This document shows positions 23,379 to 33,852 of a stretch of DNA of 64,000 bases, in pieces. Within the stretch, counting starts at the first letter, position 1. Each line of letters starts with the position of its first letter. Source of the DNA: Acholeplasmataceae bacterium (lineage in GTDB: Bacteria > Bacillota_I > Bacilli_A > Acholeplasmatales > Acholeplasmataceae); the NCBI GenBank assembly GCA_963675245.1, contig OY775910.1:576001-640000 (forward strand). Reading direction: 5' to 3'. Below the pieces are notes generated by a model, which was not told where the DNA came from, did not search any database, and was given only the letters and a program-made list of their open reading frames with translations. The translations under genes were made by a program, and so were the position numbers.

Positions 23379-23801
23379 CTAAGACTCACTTTCAATGATG
23401 TTTGATGAAAATGATAAAATATTTTCTATATCATTTTTATTGGGGTGTCTCATAAAAAGAAATAAAAATCCTCCTCGGCAGATAAATTCATCAATCACCT
23501 CTATGCCTTTGCTTGCTAATATGTGTCTAATCTCATCTTGTTTTTGTCGCTTTGATAGACAACTTGTTATAATCACAGCTTTCTTAATGCTATTTTGTTG
23601 AAGGTTCTTTACATAGGCTATGAGTTTAGGCGAACTTACACCACCATATATACCTCCAACAATAAAAAGTAGATCTACGTCCATGAGTTCTGGTTCATCA
23701 GCAATGTTATGAACCGGTATATTAAATTGCTGCCCTAATGCTTCAGCAATTTTTTTAGAGTGTTTTGTCACGGTTGCGTAAATGATTAATCTATTTTTCA
23801 T
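23379..23801 (-). CDS. Flavodoxin-domain protein
   Basis: IIYATVTKHSKKIA N-terminus and EFICRG; short flavodoxin-fold size. Confidence 0.75.
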   Translation of the reverse strand: MKNRLIIYATVTKHSKKIAEALGQQFNIPVHNIADEPELMDVDLLFIVGGIYGGVSSPKLIAYVKNLQQNSIKKAVIITSCLSKRQKQDEIRHILASKGIEVIDEFICRGGFLFLFMRHPNKNDIENILSFSSNIIESES

Positions 23802-23895
23802 TTTACCCTCCACCACTTATCGATACTTATCTTTGATTCTATTCTATCACTTCTACAAAATATAGTGTCCATCACTTTATGATAGACACTATATT

Positions 23896-24627
23896 TTATG
23901 TTTGATGAAATATGTTATCAGTACCCATAACAAACGCTTTTAATAAGAAATCATGATTCGGATCTTCGTTTTCTCTTAATCTGATAAATGCCATGACGGG
24001 AATCGCATCTACTATCTTTGACTTATCAAATCCTTTTTCAATCATCGTGTTCAAATATAGGTCTGCGTATGCTTCTGCAAATACTCTAAAAATAATATAT
24101 GTGCTAGCAATATCCATCACAGGATTACCTAATTTTGCATTTGTCCAATCAATAATGTATGGTTCATTATCGTGATACATAATGTTTTCCGGATGGTAAT
24201 CAAAATGGCATAGATGATATTTTTTTTCGATTTTATCAATTGACGCTAATGCCTTTTCTTTTAATGCATCATCTAGTTTTGTCTCTTTAATTTGAGTAAC
24301 AAACGTTTCAAATGCGTCAGCTAAATTTAGATCTTTATATTTAAATGTTTCTAGTTGTAAATCGATGAAATCTTGTAAACCCTGAATGTCGTTTTCTTTC
24401 ATGATTCTATCTGCTAAATTCAACCCCTCAAACAATGTCATACGAATCATGTCATCAATGATTTCATATTTAGCCACTCTTAAATCTGTATGTTCATAAA
24501 TTTCATTTTGGATATACACTTCAAATCTCATATTATCAACACTATAATTTGGACGATATTTTTTGTAAGCATATTTTCCATCTGAGTAAACGGTAGCTGA
24601 TATACCTTCTCCAATTTTAATCATCAT
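23896..24627 (-). CDS. Aminoglycoside phosphotransferase/kinase-like family protein
   Basis: IGEGISATVY, CHFDYHPENI (HxDxxxxN) and IIDW. Confidence 0.8.
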   Translation of the reverse strand: MMIKIGEGISATVYSDGKYAYKKYRPNYSVDNMRFEVYIQNEIYEHTDLRVAKYEIIDDMIRMTLFEGLNLADRIMKENDIQGLQDFIDLQLETFKYKDLNLADAFETFVTQIKETKLDDALKEKALASIDKIEKKYHLCHFDYHPENIMYHDNEPYIIDWTNAKLGNPVMDIASTYIIFRVFAEAYADLYLNTMIEKGFDKSKIVDAIPVMAFIRLRENEDPNHDFLLKAFVMGTDNIFHQT

Positions 24628-24801
24628 CACACCTCGTTTCAAATCAAATTTATCATAGCACATTTCCATATATTAATGCCATGATATTGATATATGATTT
24701 AGCGTGTTTATCTCATGCTGACTCGTGATGAATAAAGCAATCATATGATATAATAAGACGAGTTATTTGATTATATATGTTTCATTGAAAGGAATTAATT
24801 T

Positions 24802-26031
24802 ATGATGTTTGAAGCCATTATAATTGGTGGTGGACCTGCAGGTTTGATGGCTGCTAATCAGTTTGAGTTATCACATGTTAATTATCTCTTATTAGAAAAA
24901 AACGAAAAATGTGGAAAAAAACTTCTTTTAACAGGTGGTAGACGTTGTAATGTCACAAATCGTCTATCAATTAAAGAATTTATTGACACTCTAACCTTTA
25001 AACATAAACGTTTCTTATATCCAGCATTACAGCGTTTTAGTGGTACCGATGTCCTTTCTTTTTTTAAAAACCATCATTTAGATTTTGTTTTAGAAAACAA
25101 CTTTAAATATTTCCCGAAAACTGAAAAAAGTTTAAGTGTTTTAGAAGCGTTAATGGCGGATATAGATGAGAAACATATTAGATACCAACAACACGTCAAA
25201 AACATATCTAAAGAGGAAAATGGCTATAAGATTGTTACTAAAGATCAAACGTATCTTGCCAAGCATGTGATCGTTGCTACAGGATCAAATAGTTTTCCAT
25301 CGACAGGTAGTAGTGGAGATGGCCTAGATTTTGCTAAACATCTAGGTATTCCTTATTCTGAATTTACACCAGCAGAAACACATATCTATTCAGATCAAAT
25401 AAAAAATGATTACCAAGAATTAAGAGGGATCTCTTTAAATCAAGTCATTGTTAAAATTAAAAACACAAACATATCATTTCAAGGCGATTTATTATTTACA
25501 CATTTTGGATTAAGTGGTCCTGTGATCATGCACCTATCGGAATTTATTGATCAAAATATTAGAGAACACGGTACATCCGTCATAGAATTCCCTTTAATCT
25601 CAATGTCTTATCAACAATTATATGATCAATTACAATCAGAAAATCATAGATTACTACATAAAGTATTGGAAACATATACAATAAAACGAATCGTTTCAGT
25701 GATATTAAAGACGCTCAATATCGCATCAAAAAAAATAGCAGAAATGAAAAAAAGCGATTTGATTAAAGTATGTGAAACATTCACTTCCTTTCACGTGCTT
25801 GTGAACAAAGTGGAGGACAAAGAAAAAGCTTATGTGAACAAAGGTGGTATCGACACAAAAGCTCTGGATCCTAAATCAATGGCATCAAAAACACATAAGG
25901 GTTTATACTTTATTGGTGAAGTAACAAATCTACATGGTCCCATTGGTGGGTATAATATCACGATAGCCTTATCAACTGGTTATTTAGCATCAAACCATAT
26001 TTTATCATTACTAAAGTATAACGACAATTAA
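24802..26031 (+). CDS. HI0933/BaiN-family FAD-dependent oxidoreductase
   Basis: GGGPAG, GKKLLLTGGRRCNVTN, FTHFGLSGP and GGYNI. Confidence 0.9.
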   Translation: MMFEAIIIGGGPAGLMAANQFELSHVNYLLLEKNEKCGKKLLLTGGRRCNVTNRLSIKEFIDTLTFKHKRFLYPALQRFSGTDVLSFFKNHHLDFVLENNFKYFPKTEKSLSVLEALMADIDEKHIRYQQHVKNISKEENGYKIVTKDQTYLAKHVIVATGSNSFPSTGSSGDGLDFAKHLGIPYSEFTPAETHIYSDQIKNDYQELRGISLNQVIVKIKNTNISFQGDLLFTHFGLSGPVIMHLSEFIDQNIREHGTSVIEFPLISMSYQQLYDQLQSENHRLLHKVLETYTIKRIVSVILKTLNIASKKIAEMKKSDLIKVCETFTSFHVLVNKVEDKEKAYVNKGGIDTKALDPKSMASKTHKGLYFIGEVTNLHGPIGGYNITIALSTGYLASNHILSLLKYNDN

Positions 26032-26036
26032 CCCAT

Positions 26037-26071
26037 AAAAAAACCATCACTCATATGATGATGGTTTTTAT
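26037..26071. terminator. Bidirectional terminator between convergent genes
   Basis: AAAAACCATCA...TGATGGTTTTT. Confidence 0.75.
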
Positions 26072-27475
26072 TTATATATGGTGCCAGGCTTTCTCAAGTG
26101 CTTTTATGGATTGATTTATATCATCATTGTTGAGATGAGAATATCCCATTACCAACGTTTTATGTTTCATTTTTGTTTGTTTATTTAAGTAGTATTCGTT
26201 AATACCGTATAATTTAATACCTTCTATTTCAGCACTTTGAATTAACTGCTCAAGTGACATATCGGTATCGATATCCATTAAAAAATGTAACCCGCTATCT
26301 TTAGATTTAATAGTTAATTTTTCTGCGAAACTTGTTTTCATTAGGAGATCAATTAATTGATCTCTTTTAGTTTTGTAGATATTTTTCATTCTCGATAAAT
26401 GTTTTTCATATGATTTTTCTTTGATGAATCTTTCCAGAACCAACTGTGTCATCATTGGGACTGAACAATTAAGATAATAAAAATCTTTATTAAACCTATA
26501 CATTAAATGATCTGGTAAAACCATGAAACTTACACGCATTGAAGGAGCAATGCTTTTGGAGAATGAATTGAGATAAATGACTTTATCCTGATGATCCAGA
26601 CTTTTTAATGCGGGTATTGGTCTCCCTGAAAATCTAAATTCGCTGTCATAATCATCTTCGATAATGTATCTCTTGGAAGACTCATTTACCCAATTTAATA
26701 ATGACATTCTTCTAGATATAGGTGTAACAATACCGGAGGGAAACTGGTGGCTTGGCGTCACATGTACGATGTCAATATCGTGAATAGATGCGATATTGAT
26801 ACCCTTATCATCAATATGAAATGTTTTTGATATAGCACCATAATCTTTATATAAATGATAATTCTTCAAATATCCAGGTTCTTCTACACCATACACCTTC
26901 TCTCTACCAATCAATAACACTAATAAAGAAATTAAGTTTTCTGAACCTGATCCAATAACGATGGATTCTGGTTTCGCTACAATACCACGATAATCAAATA
27001 AGAGCTTAGCAATTTGCATACGCAATCCTTCATAACCTAAATGGGAGGTTTGATTCAATGTATTCTTGTAGTCATATTGCCAAATTTCTTTCTCAATTTT
27101 AGCTAGTTTATCATATGGAAAAGATACTTCATCAACAAGATTTGTTCGAAAATCGATGAGATGTTGTGTATGATGATTGCTTTTTTCAACCACAATCTGT
27201 TTTTGTGATACAACAGTTTGTGGTTTTAAAGATATATAAGGTAACACAAAATAACCAGATTTTATTTTTGATTTAATATACCCTTCAGCTATCAATTGAA
27301 GATACGCATTTTCAATTGTGATCACACTCACCTTTAAATGTTGTGCTAATTTTCTTTTTGAAGGTAGTTTTTCATCCGCTTTCAAATCACCTGAAACGAT
27401 GCTTTTCTTGATTTCAATGTATAACTGTTCATATAAAGGTGTATTTAAAGCTTTATCTAAAAAATAAGTTAACAT
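26072..27475 (-). CDS. pdxR: MocR/GabR-family PLP-dependent regulator
   Basis: GntR wHTH (KLPSKRKLA) plus aminotransferase-like domain (TPSHQFP, IIEDDYDSEF, SFSK); divergent from pdxST. Confidence 0.9.
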   Translation of the reverse strand: MLTYFLDKALNTPLYEQLYIEIKKSIVSGDLKADEKLPSKRKLAQHLKVSVITIENAYLQLIAEGYIKSKIKSGYFVLPYISLKPQTVVSQKQIVVEKSNHHTQHLIDFRTNLVDEVSFPYDKLAKIEKEIWQYDYKNTLNQTSHLGYEGLRMQIAKLLFDYRGIVAKPESIVIGSGSENLISLLVLLIGREKVYGVEEPGYLKNYHLYKDYGAISKTFHIDDKGINIASIHDIDIVHVTPSHQFPSGIVTPISRRMSLLNWVNESSKRYIIEDDYDSEFRFSGRPIPALKSLDHQDKVIYLNSFSKSIAPSMRVSFMVLPDHLMYRFNKDFYYLNCSVPMMTQLVLERFIKEKSYEKHLSRMKNIYKTKRDQLIDLLMKTSFAEKLTIKSKDSGLHFLMDIDTDMSLEQLIQSAEIEGIKLYGINEYYLNKQTKMKHKTLVMGYSHLNNDDINQSIKALEKAWHHI

Positions 27476-27479
27476 GTTT

Positions 27480-27539
27480 CTGACCTTATCGTTTTCTTAA
27501 TTTCTGGTTATTTCAAACATACCAGTTCAACTGTATAAT
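27480..27539 (+). promoter_or_regulatory. PdxR operator and pdxST -10 box
   Basis: CTGACC (27480), CTGGTT (27504), inverted ACCAG (27521) and TATAAT (27534): two direct plus one inverted motif layout. Confidence 0.65.
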
Positions 27540-27583
27540 AAAGGATGAAATCAGTTTTGTCAACGATAAATTGGAGGTATATC

Positions 27584-28459
27584 ATGAAAACCGAACGTTA
27601 TGAGTTAAATAAGGCTTTAGCACAAATGCTAAAAGGTGGTGTCATTATGGATGTTACAACTGCCGAACAAGCGAAAATTGCTCAAGAAGCTGGTGCATGT
27701 GCTGTCATGGCTTTAGAAAGAATTCCTGCTGACATTAGAGCTGCAGGTGGTGTTTCAAGAATGAGCGACCCACGTCTGATTAAAGACATTCAAAAGGCAG
27801 TTACTATTCCTGTGATGGCGAAAGTTAGAATAGGTCATTTTGTTGAAGCACAAATTTTAGAAGCGCTTGAAATTGATTATATCGATGAATCGGAAGTATT
27901 ATCACCCGCAGATGATATTTTTCACATTAATAAACATGAATTTAAAGTACCCTTTGTATGTGGTGCGAAAAACTTAGGTGAAGCATTAAGACGTATCTCT
28001 GAAGGTGCTTCTATGATTAGAACAAAAGGCGAACCTGGTACGGGTGACGTCATTCAAGCGGTTAAGCATATACGTCTAATTCAATCAGAAATCAGACATG
28101 TTAAATCTTTGCGTGAAGACGAATTATTTAACCAAGCTAAAATATTAGAGGTACCTTATGACTTAATCAAATATGTTCATGAGCATGGTAAACTACCCGT
28201 TGTTAACTTCGCTGCAGGCGGCATAGCTACACCAGCGGATGCTGCACTGATGATGCAACTAGGTGCAGAGGGTGTATTTGTTGGCTCTGGTATTTTCAAA
28301 TCAGGGGACCCTGCTAAAAGAGCGGCCGCTATCGTTAAAGCTGTCACGAACTTTAAAGATCCTAAGGTGCTTGCTGAAGTGAGTGAAAATCTTGGTGAAG
28401 CGATGGTGGGTATTAATGAAGAAGAAATTGAACTATTAATGAGAGATCGTGGTATTTAA
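27584..28459 (+). CDS. pdxS: Pyridoxal 5'-phosphate synthase lyase subunit
   Basis: [42 protein letters not shown] before 27584. Confidence 0.98.
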   Translation: MKTERYELNKALAQMLKGGVIMDVTTAEQAKIAQEAGACAVMALERIPADIRAAGGVSRMSDPRLIKDIQKAVTIPVMAKVRIGHFVEAQILEALEIDYIDESEVLSPADDIFHINKHEFKVPFVCGAKNLGEALRRISEGASMIRTKGEPGTGDVIQAVKHIRLIQSEIRHVKSLREDELFNQAKILEVPYDLIKYVHEHGKLPVVNFAAGGIATPADAALMMQLGAEGVFVGSGIFKSGDPAKRAAAIVKAVTNFKDPKVLAEVSENLGEAMVGINEEEIELLMRDRGI

Positions 28460-29046
28460 TGATGAGAATCGGTGTCTTAGCATTACAAGGCGCATTCATA
28501 GAACATCAATCAATGCTAAGTGCTTTAGGTGTAGATGCTTTTGAAATCAGACAGAAAAAAGATTTAACAATAGAGATGGACGGGTTAATTCTACCTGGTG
28601 GAGAATCTACTGTGATGTATAAGTTATTAGTTGATCTTGATATGGTAGATGACATTAAGCATCTCATCGTTTCTGGACTACCTGTTTTTGGCACATGTGC
28701 TGGATTACTATTATTAGCGAATGTTGTACATAATTATAAATGCGCCTATATTCAAACCATGAATATCACTGCAATGAAAAATGGTTATGGTAGACAATTA
28801 GGCAGTTTTAGAGCGCGTGGTGTCTTCAATCATCAAAACGATGTTGAGTTCGTGTTTATAAGAGCACCTTATATTGAATCTGTTGGTGATAATGTTGAAG
28901 TACTTGCAGTTGTTGATGGAAAAATAGTTGCTGCTAGACAAAACAATCAATTGGTGACTGCTTTTCATCCTGAACTTACGAGCGATTTAACTATTCATAA
29001 ATATTTTATCAATATGTGCAAAGAAAAAAGCAACTCACTTTCATGA
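28459..29046 (+). CDS. pdxT: PLP synthase glutaminase subunit
   Basis: GVLALQGAF, PGGEST, GTCAG and FHPEL. Confidence 0.97.
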   Translation: MMRIGVLALQGAFIEHQSMLSALGVDAFEIRQKKDLTIEMDGLILPGGESTVMYKLLVDLDMVDDIKHLIVSGLPVFGTCAGLLLLANVVHNYKCAYIQTMNITAMKNGYGRQLGSFRARGVFNHQNDVEFVFIRAPYIESVGDNVEVLAVVDGKIVAARQNNQLVTAFHPELTSDLTIHKYFINMCKEKSNSLS

Positions 29047-29061
29047 GTTGCTTTTTCTTTA
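29020..29061 (+). terminator. Terminator after pdxT
   Basis: AAAAAGCAACTCA...TGAGTTGCTTTTT. Confidence 0.75.
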
Positions 29062-29154
29062 TTGTTCCTTCTTTTTAATCAATATATGTAGAATTTACTT
29101 TTAAGTTCAAACCATATGATATAATACGATTACAAAAGTAAAAGAGGGTATCCT

Positions 29155-30312
29155 ATGTTGAAAGACTTTAAGGAAAAATTTTCCGATGTATTTGTCAAAC
29201 TCGCTAGACCAATCATTTTCATGTTAATGAAAAGAGAAATTAGAGTAGAGGCCACCGGAATAAAAGTCACACCAAAACGGGATCCTTTTATTATGATCTC
29301 TAATCATTTCAATACATGGGATAGTTTTATCGTGATGAAAAACATCAATTATCCTATTCGATTCGTCGCTACAGAAATTGCTTTTTTAGACCCAGCTAAA
29401 AAATTTAGCATGGGTATTCTGGCCAGAGCGATTCCAAAGTGTGTGGGTAAACCTGATATCGTCGCAACCAGAAAGATTTTTAATTATTTAAAAAAAGGTT
29501 ACGCCATAGGTTTATTTCCAGAAGGTGATAACACCTTTTATGGTGAAACATTGGAAATTTTTGAAAACACAGGAAGATTACTAAAAAAAGCGAATGTTGA
29601 TATTATATTAGTTAAGCAACAAGGTGGTTATTTATCACAACCACGTTGGGCAGATTACTTTTCAAAAAAAGGGTTCACTAAAACAGAAACGACGTTATTA
29701 CTTACAAAAGAGAAACTCCAAACGTTAACTGTAGAACAAGTAACTGAAATTGTTAAAAAAGCGTTGTACAATAATGATTATGATTTCCAGAAACAAATGA
29801 TGATTCCTTACAAGAGAAAATCAAGAGCCGAGGGTATAGAACGATTGATTTATTATTGTAATAAGTGTGGAAGCATACTCACTGTACATGGTGAAGGCGA
29901 TGATATCGTTTGTGATAATTGTGGAACAATAGGTCACATTAATGCATATGAACTCATCGAAAATAACCCTTTTGACAACCTTGTTGATTACGCGAAGTTT
30001 CAATTTCAATATATGAATAAAATTGTAGAGTCTTCTTTCGATTTTGATGTTACATTCAACCGTGTTAATGTTAAGAAAAAGAAAAATATCAAATTAGGGA
30101 AATTCCGTTTGCATTACAAGAGTCAAACACTCACATTAAAAAACAATAGAGATACTTATGTGTTTGATATGAAAAAAATGACATCGCCAGTTAACACTAT
30201 GAGACATAGTTTCAGTTTTGATTACGAAGGTGAAACATATAATTTCACAGATATAAGACACCAATTCGTTTTATTTGAAATGTTGATGTATCTTAATGGT
30301 AATTATAAGTAA
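29155..30312 (+). CDS. Lysophospholipid acyltransferase (PlsC-like) with C-terminal CxxC-CxxC extension
   Basis: NHFNTWD (HxxxxD) and LFPEG; CNKC...CDNC in C-terminal half. Confidence 0.8.
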   Translation: MLKDFKEKFSDVFVKLARPIIFMLMKREIRVEATGIKVTPKRDPFIMISNHFNTWDSFIVMKNINYPIRFVATEIAFLDPAKKFSMGILARAIPKCVGKPDIVATRKIFNYLKKGYAIGLFPEGDNTFYGETLEIFENTGRLLKKANVDIILVKQQGGYLSQPRWADYFSKKGFTKTETTLLLTKEKLQTLTVEQVTEIVKKALYNNDYDFQKQMMIPYKRKSRAEGIERLIYYCNKCGSILTVHGEGDDIVCDNCGTIGHINAYELIENNPFDNLVDYAKFQFQYMNKIVESSFDFDVTFNRVNVKKKKNIKLGKFRLHYKSQTLTLKNNRDTYVFDMKKMTSPVNTMRHSFSFDYEGETYNFTDIRHQFVLFEMLMYLNGNYK

Positions 30313-30389
30313 GCCTTAGAATGCATGATACTTTAGTTTTATATTTAAATTATATATAATATAAATACAAATAATCAGGAGGTTATTTT

Positions 30390-31184
30390 ATGGAAGAAAA
30401 ACTATTAAGTTTAAGAAAGTTTAATCGCAACATGGGTTTAGTTCACTTGGTACAAGCAATTATTATGCTGGTATTAGCGTTCACTGTAATTCAACAAATC
30501 AGTGAATTCACACCTACGATTACACAAAATTTCATTCAATATAACCCCACGACACAAGCTTTGGAAGTCGCAAGCAAGTCTTTATTTACATTACCGTTTG
30601 GTGTGTTGGTTGCTTCATTTTTATTCATTTCAGCACTCGCACACGCTTTAATTGCCCTACCTAAAGCAACCAATGATAAATACAATGCGGATTTGGCAAA
30701 AGGCATCAATCAGTTCAGATGGTATGAATATGCATTAAGTTCTTCTATCATGATCGTATTGATCGCAACTTTATTTGGTATTTATGATATTGCGTCACTA
30801 CTATTAATCTTTGTAGCGAATGCAACCATGAACCTCTTTGGTCTCTTTATGGAAAAATATAATGCGAATAGATCTGAAGGTGAAAAAGTACATTGGAGTC
30901 CATTTGTTTATGGTTCATTAATTGGTGCAGTGCCTTGGGCTGCTATCTTAATTTACATGTTTGGTACAGGTAATTATGCCGAAGTGCCTTGGTTTGTTTG
31001 GGCCATCTTAGGAAGTTATTTCGTAGCTTTCAATACGTTCCCAATCAATATGGTCTTACAATACAAAGGTGTTGGTAAATGGAAAGACTATCTTTATGGT
31101 GAACGTGTTTATATCACATTAAGTTTAGTAGCTAAAACCATTCTTGCGTGGCTCGTCTTCTTCGGAGCAATGCAACCCTCATAA
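30390..31184 (+). CDS. heR: Heliorhodopsin
   Basis: 7 TM; N..MG.VHLVQ, LAH, FRWYEYALSSS (counterion Glu) and YITLSLVAK (retinal Lys). Confidence 0.95.
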   Translation: MEEKLLSLRKFNRNMGLVHLVQAIIMLVLAFTVIQQISEFTPTITQNFIQYNPTTQALEVASKSLFTLPFGVLVASFLFISALAHALIALPKATNDKYNADLAKGINQFRWYEYALSSSIMIVLIATLFGIYDIASLLLIFVANATMNLFGLFMEKYNANRSEGEKVHWSPFVYGSLIGAVPWAAILIYMFGTGNYAEVPWFVWAILGSYFVAFNTFPINMVLQYKGVGKWKDYLYGERVYITLSLVAKTILAWLVFFGAMQPS

Positions 31185-31200
31185 AAAACAAAATTAAAAT

Positions 31201-31230
31201 GATTGCCGTTTAGTAACGGCAATTTTTTTA
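31201..31230 (+). terminator. Terminator after heliorhodopsin
   Basis: ATTGCCGTT-TAGT-AACGGCAAT followed by T-tract. Confidence 0.8.
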
Positions 31231-31306
31231 TGCTTTTTATTGTTTTTAAATTTTGTTAAACAACAATGAAGATATTTGTTTTATAATATTTTTGGATGGT
31301 GAAATC

Positions 31307-32476
31307 ATGAAAAAAAATCCTATTACTTTAGAAACATATGTTGTCTTAATTTTGGTTCTACTTGTCTTTGTTTTATTTTCTATTGAGATGGGTGTTGCTT
31401 ATTTCATGAGCACGTTAATCAATACTGCTTTTTATCTATTAATCAATGTTGCTTTTTATATCATGGCTTTAGCCGTTCTTACTGGGGCAATCGCAGGTAT
31501 TTTTTCTGAATTTGGTGTATTATCACTGTTCAATATTATTTTATATCCTTTAGTACGCTTCATTTATAGATTACCTGGTGTTGCTGGTATCGGTGTATTA
31601 AGTGCTTATCTATCAGATAATCCTGCAATTATTAGTTTAATTCGCGAAAAAGAATTTAAAAAACGATTCAAAGATTATCAAATTCCGGTTTTAGTGAACT
31701 TGAGTACCAGCTTTGGTATGGGGTTGATTATAGCTGTTTTTTTCTTGACTTTACCTGCTAAATTAGGAAGTGAAGTCGATGGTTTTGGTAATTTCACAAC
31801 TGCCACTTTAATCGGTATTGTTGCTGCCGTCGTAGGTAGTATTGTATCCGTTGGGTTACTCACTTACTTCTCAAAAAAATATCATCATGTTCCTAAAAAG
31901 GATAAGCCGATTAAAACACTCGAGGGTGAAGAATATTATCGTGAAACCAGAAACGGATCTTTTGTTAATCGCTTTTTAGAAAGTGCACTTGATGGCGGAA
32001 AAAACGGCGTTGAGATTGGTATCCAAATTATTCCTGGTATCTTGGTTATCTCAACTGTCATCTTGATGTTAACAAATACAATGCCTGCTGGTGGATATTC
32101 AGGTGCCGCTTTAGAGGGTGTTGGTTATCTTCCTCAAATAGGTCAGTACTTAATGTTTATATTTAAACCTTTATTTGGATTCCAAAATCCTGAAGCTATC
32201 GCATTCCCGTTAATTAGTTTGGGTAGTGCTGGTGCTGCCATAGGGATAGTTCCTGATTTTATAACAAACGGTTATATCACCATTAGAGATATTGCAGTAT
32301 TTACGGCGATTGGCACCACGTGGAGTGGCTATTTATCAACACATGTATCTATGATGGATGGTGTTGGGTCTAGGGGATTAACAGGAAAGGCTATTTTATC
32401 CCACACCATTGGTGGTTTGGTAAGTGGTGTTGTTGCTAATTATTTATTCATGTTGTTTACATTAATTTTTGGATAA
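31307..32476 (+). CDS. Nucleoside-recognition (Gate)-like membrane protein
   Basis: Multi-TM; YLSDNPAII, LDGGKNGV and WSGYLSTH.SMMD motifs seen in CD0519/CD1768-like proteins. Confidence 0.65.
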   Translation: MKKNPITLETYVVLILVLLVFVLFSIEMGVAYFMSTLINTAFYLLINVAFYIMALAVLTGAIAGIFSEFGVLSLFNIILYPLVRFIYRLPGVAGIGVLSAYLSDNPAIISLIREKEFKKRFKDYQIPVLVNLSTSFGMGLIIAVFFLTLPAKLGSEVDGFGNFTTATLIGIVAAVVGSIVSVGLLTYFSKKYHHVPKKDKPIKTLEGEEYYRETRNGSFVNRFLESALDGGKNGVEIGIQIIPGILVISTVILMLTNTMPAGGYSGAALEGVGYLPQIGQYLMFIFKPLFGFQNPEAIAFPLISLGSAGAAIGIVPDFITNGYITIRDIAVFTAIGTTWSGYLSTHVSMMDGVGSRGLTGKAILSHTIGGLVSGVVANYLFMLFTLIFG

Positions 32477-32496
32477 AGTTAAAACATACATATTCA

Positions 32497-32531
32497 TAAA
32501 AAAGATCACCACATGATAGTGGTGATTTTTT
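32497..32531. terminator. Bidirectional terminator
   Basis: ATCACCAC...GTGGTGAT flanked by A and T tracts between convergent genes. Confidence 0.75.
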
Positions 32532-32555
32532 ATGTGATTCAATAAATAGTTATCC

Positions 32556-33692
32556 TTACCAATTGCCTTGCAATCCAATAAATATGATTATAAAATCCTC
32601 TAAATCAATTGATTCATCTGTTATGTATGTATCTAGATCATCCGGAAGTTCAGGCATATCTACATTAAAACGCATGTCAAAAGAAAAATTCAAATCAACC
32701 GTCTGTGTTGTGCTTGATGTTGAAGAAAACATTCGAATATCAATTGTTGAAACCACACGCACAATTTCTTCTTGATCCATAACGACATCAACAGTGATAT
32801 TGAAATTATCAATATCTGCAATGCTTTCTCTGTAATCACTAATGATTGAGTCTATTTCAGCTGATACTTCTTCTTCAGATCCAACATCTTCTTCATTTTC
32901 CGCTCTTTTGTCATAGATAAACTGAAGTAAATCTTCTAAGTGGATTCGGAGTAGTCCTTTATTTATTTCAAGACGAACATCTGTTATACCTCGTCTTTGG
33001 TATACTGTCATGATTGGAAAAACATCAAGCATTTCAAAAAAGTTTTCCAAACTAAATAAATCCAAAAGTTCAGATGAAAAGTCGATATCAATATCCGTCA
33101 GATCTGATGTGTCTAACAAATCATCTAGATTTAAATTGGAAAGAGATGTCTTTTCTTTGCCTAAACCATTAAAGATAACTTCATGATTTTTATCTTCCCA
33201 TTCTTTATACTCCATTAAATCTTCATACTCGACATTTCTATTCAAAAATACATAACCATCATCTAAATATGTGTCAAACGCTACTTTCATCATGACATCT
33301 TCTTCTTTTACCATGTTATTACTCATTGTAAAAATTTGATAAAAAACTCTGTGATAGCTGCTATTAGCAGTTGCACTTAATTGAATGTCATTTAAAGAAT
33401 CTGATTCAGTCATATAAATAAAAGCGTTCATTGAAAAATCAATTGTCTGCTTATAATCATTGCCATAAAATGTGTTTTGATTTGTTTCTGAATTCATATT
33501 AAACGTGAAATCAAGCGAATTTGCTCCGTTAGTTTGTTCTAAATCAAGCTCATCGAAAATTGCTTTAAGATCCTCGCTTGATATATCAATAATATCGCCT
33601 TCATCAAAATGACTAATATCATATGGATCACCACAGGCAAATAATAAGAGTGATACTAAGATCATAATTAACATCAGTGATGTTTTTTTCAT
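32556..33692 (-). CDS. Hypothetical acidic lipoprotein
   Basis: MKK-hydrophobic-LFAC lipobox; very D/E-rich mature part. Confidence 0.7.
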   Translation of the reverse strand: MKKTSLMLIMILVSLLLFACGDPYDISHFDEGDIIDISSEDLKAIFDELDLEQTNGANSLDFTFNMNSETNQNTFYGNDYKQTIDFSMNAFIYMTESDSLNDIQLSATANSSYHRVFYQIFTMSNNMVKEEDVMMKVAFDTYLDDGYVFLNRNVEYEDLMEYKEWEDKNHEVIFNGLGKEKTSLSNLNLDDLLDTSDLTDIDIDFSSELLDLFSLENFFEMLDVFPIMTVYQRRGITDVRLEINKGLLRIHLEDLLQFIYDKRAENEEDVGSEEEVSAEIDSIISDYRESIADIDNFNITVDVVMDQEEIVRVVSTIDIRMFSSTSSTTQTVDLNFSFDMRFNVDMPELPDDLDTYITDESIDLEDFIIIFIGLQGNW

Positions 33693-33852
33693 AATTAACT
33701 CCGCCTTAAAAAGCTTTGTCATGATTAATCATTTTATCACACACATTAAACTTTCTTTTAAGCGACTATCAACAATTAACATGTTGATGACTCCTCTTGA
33801 ATATTACACATAAGAAGGGTATGTATAGTGTGATTAAAACATAGAAGTTTTT

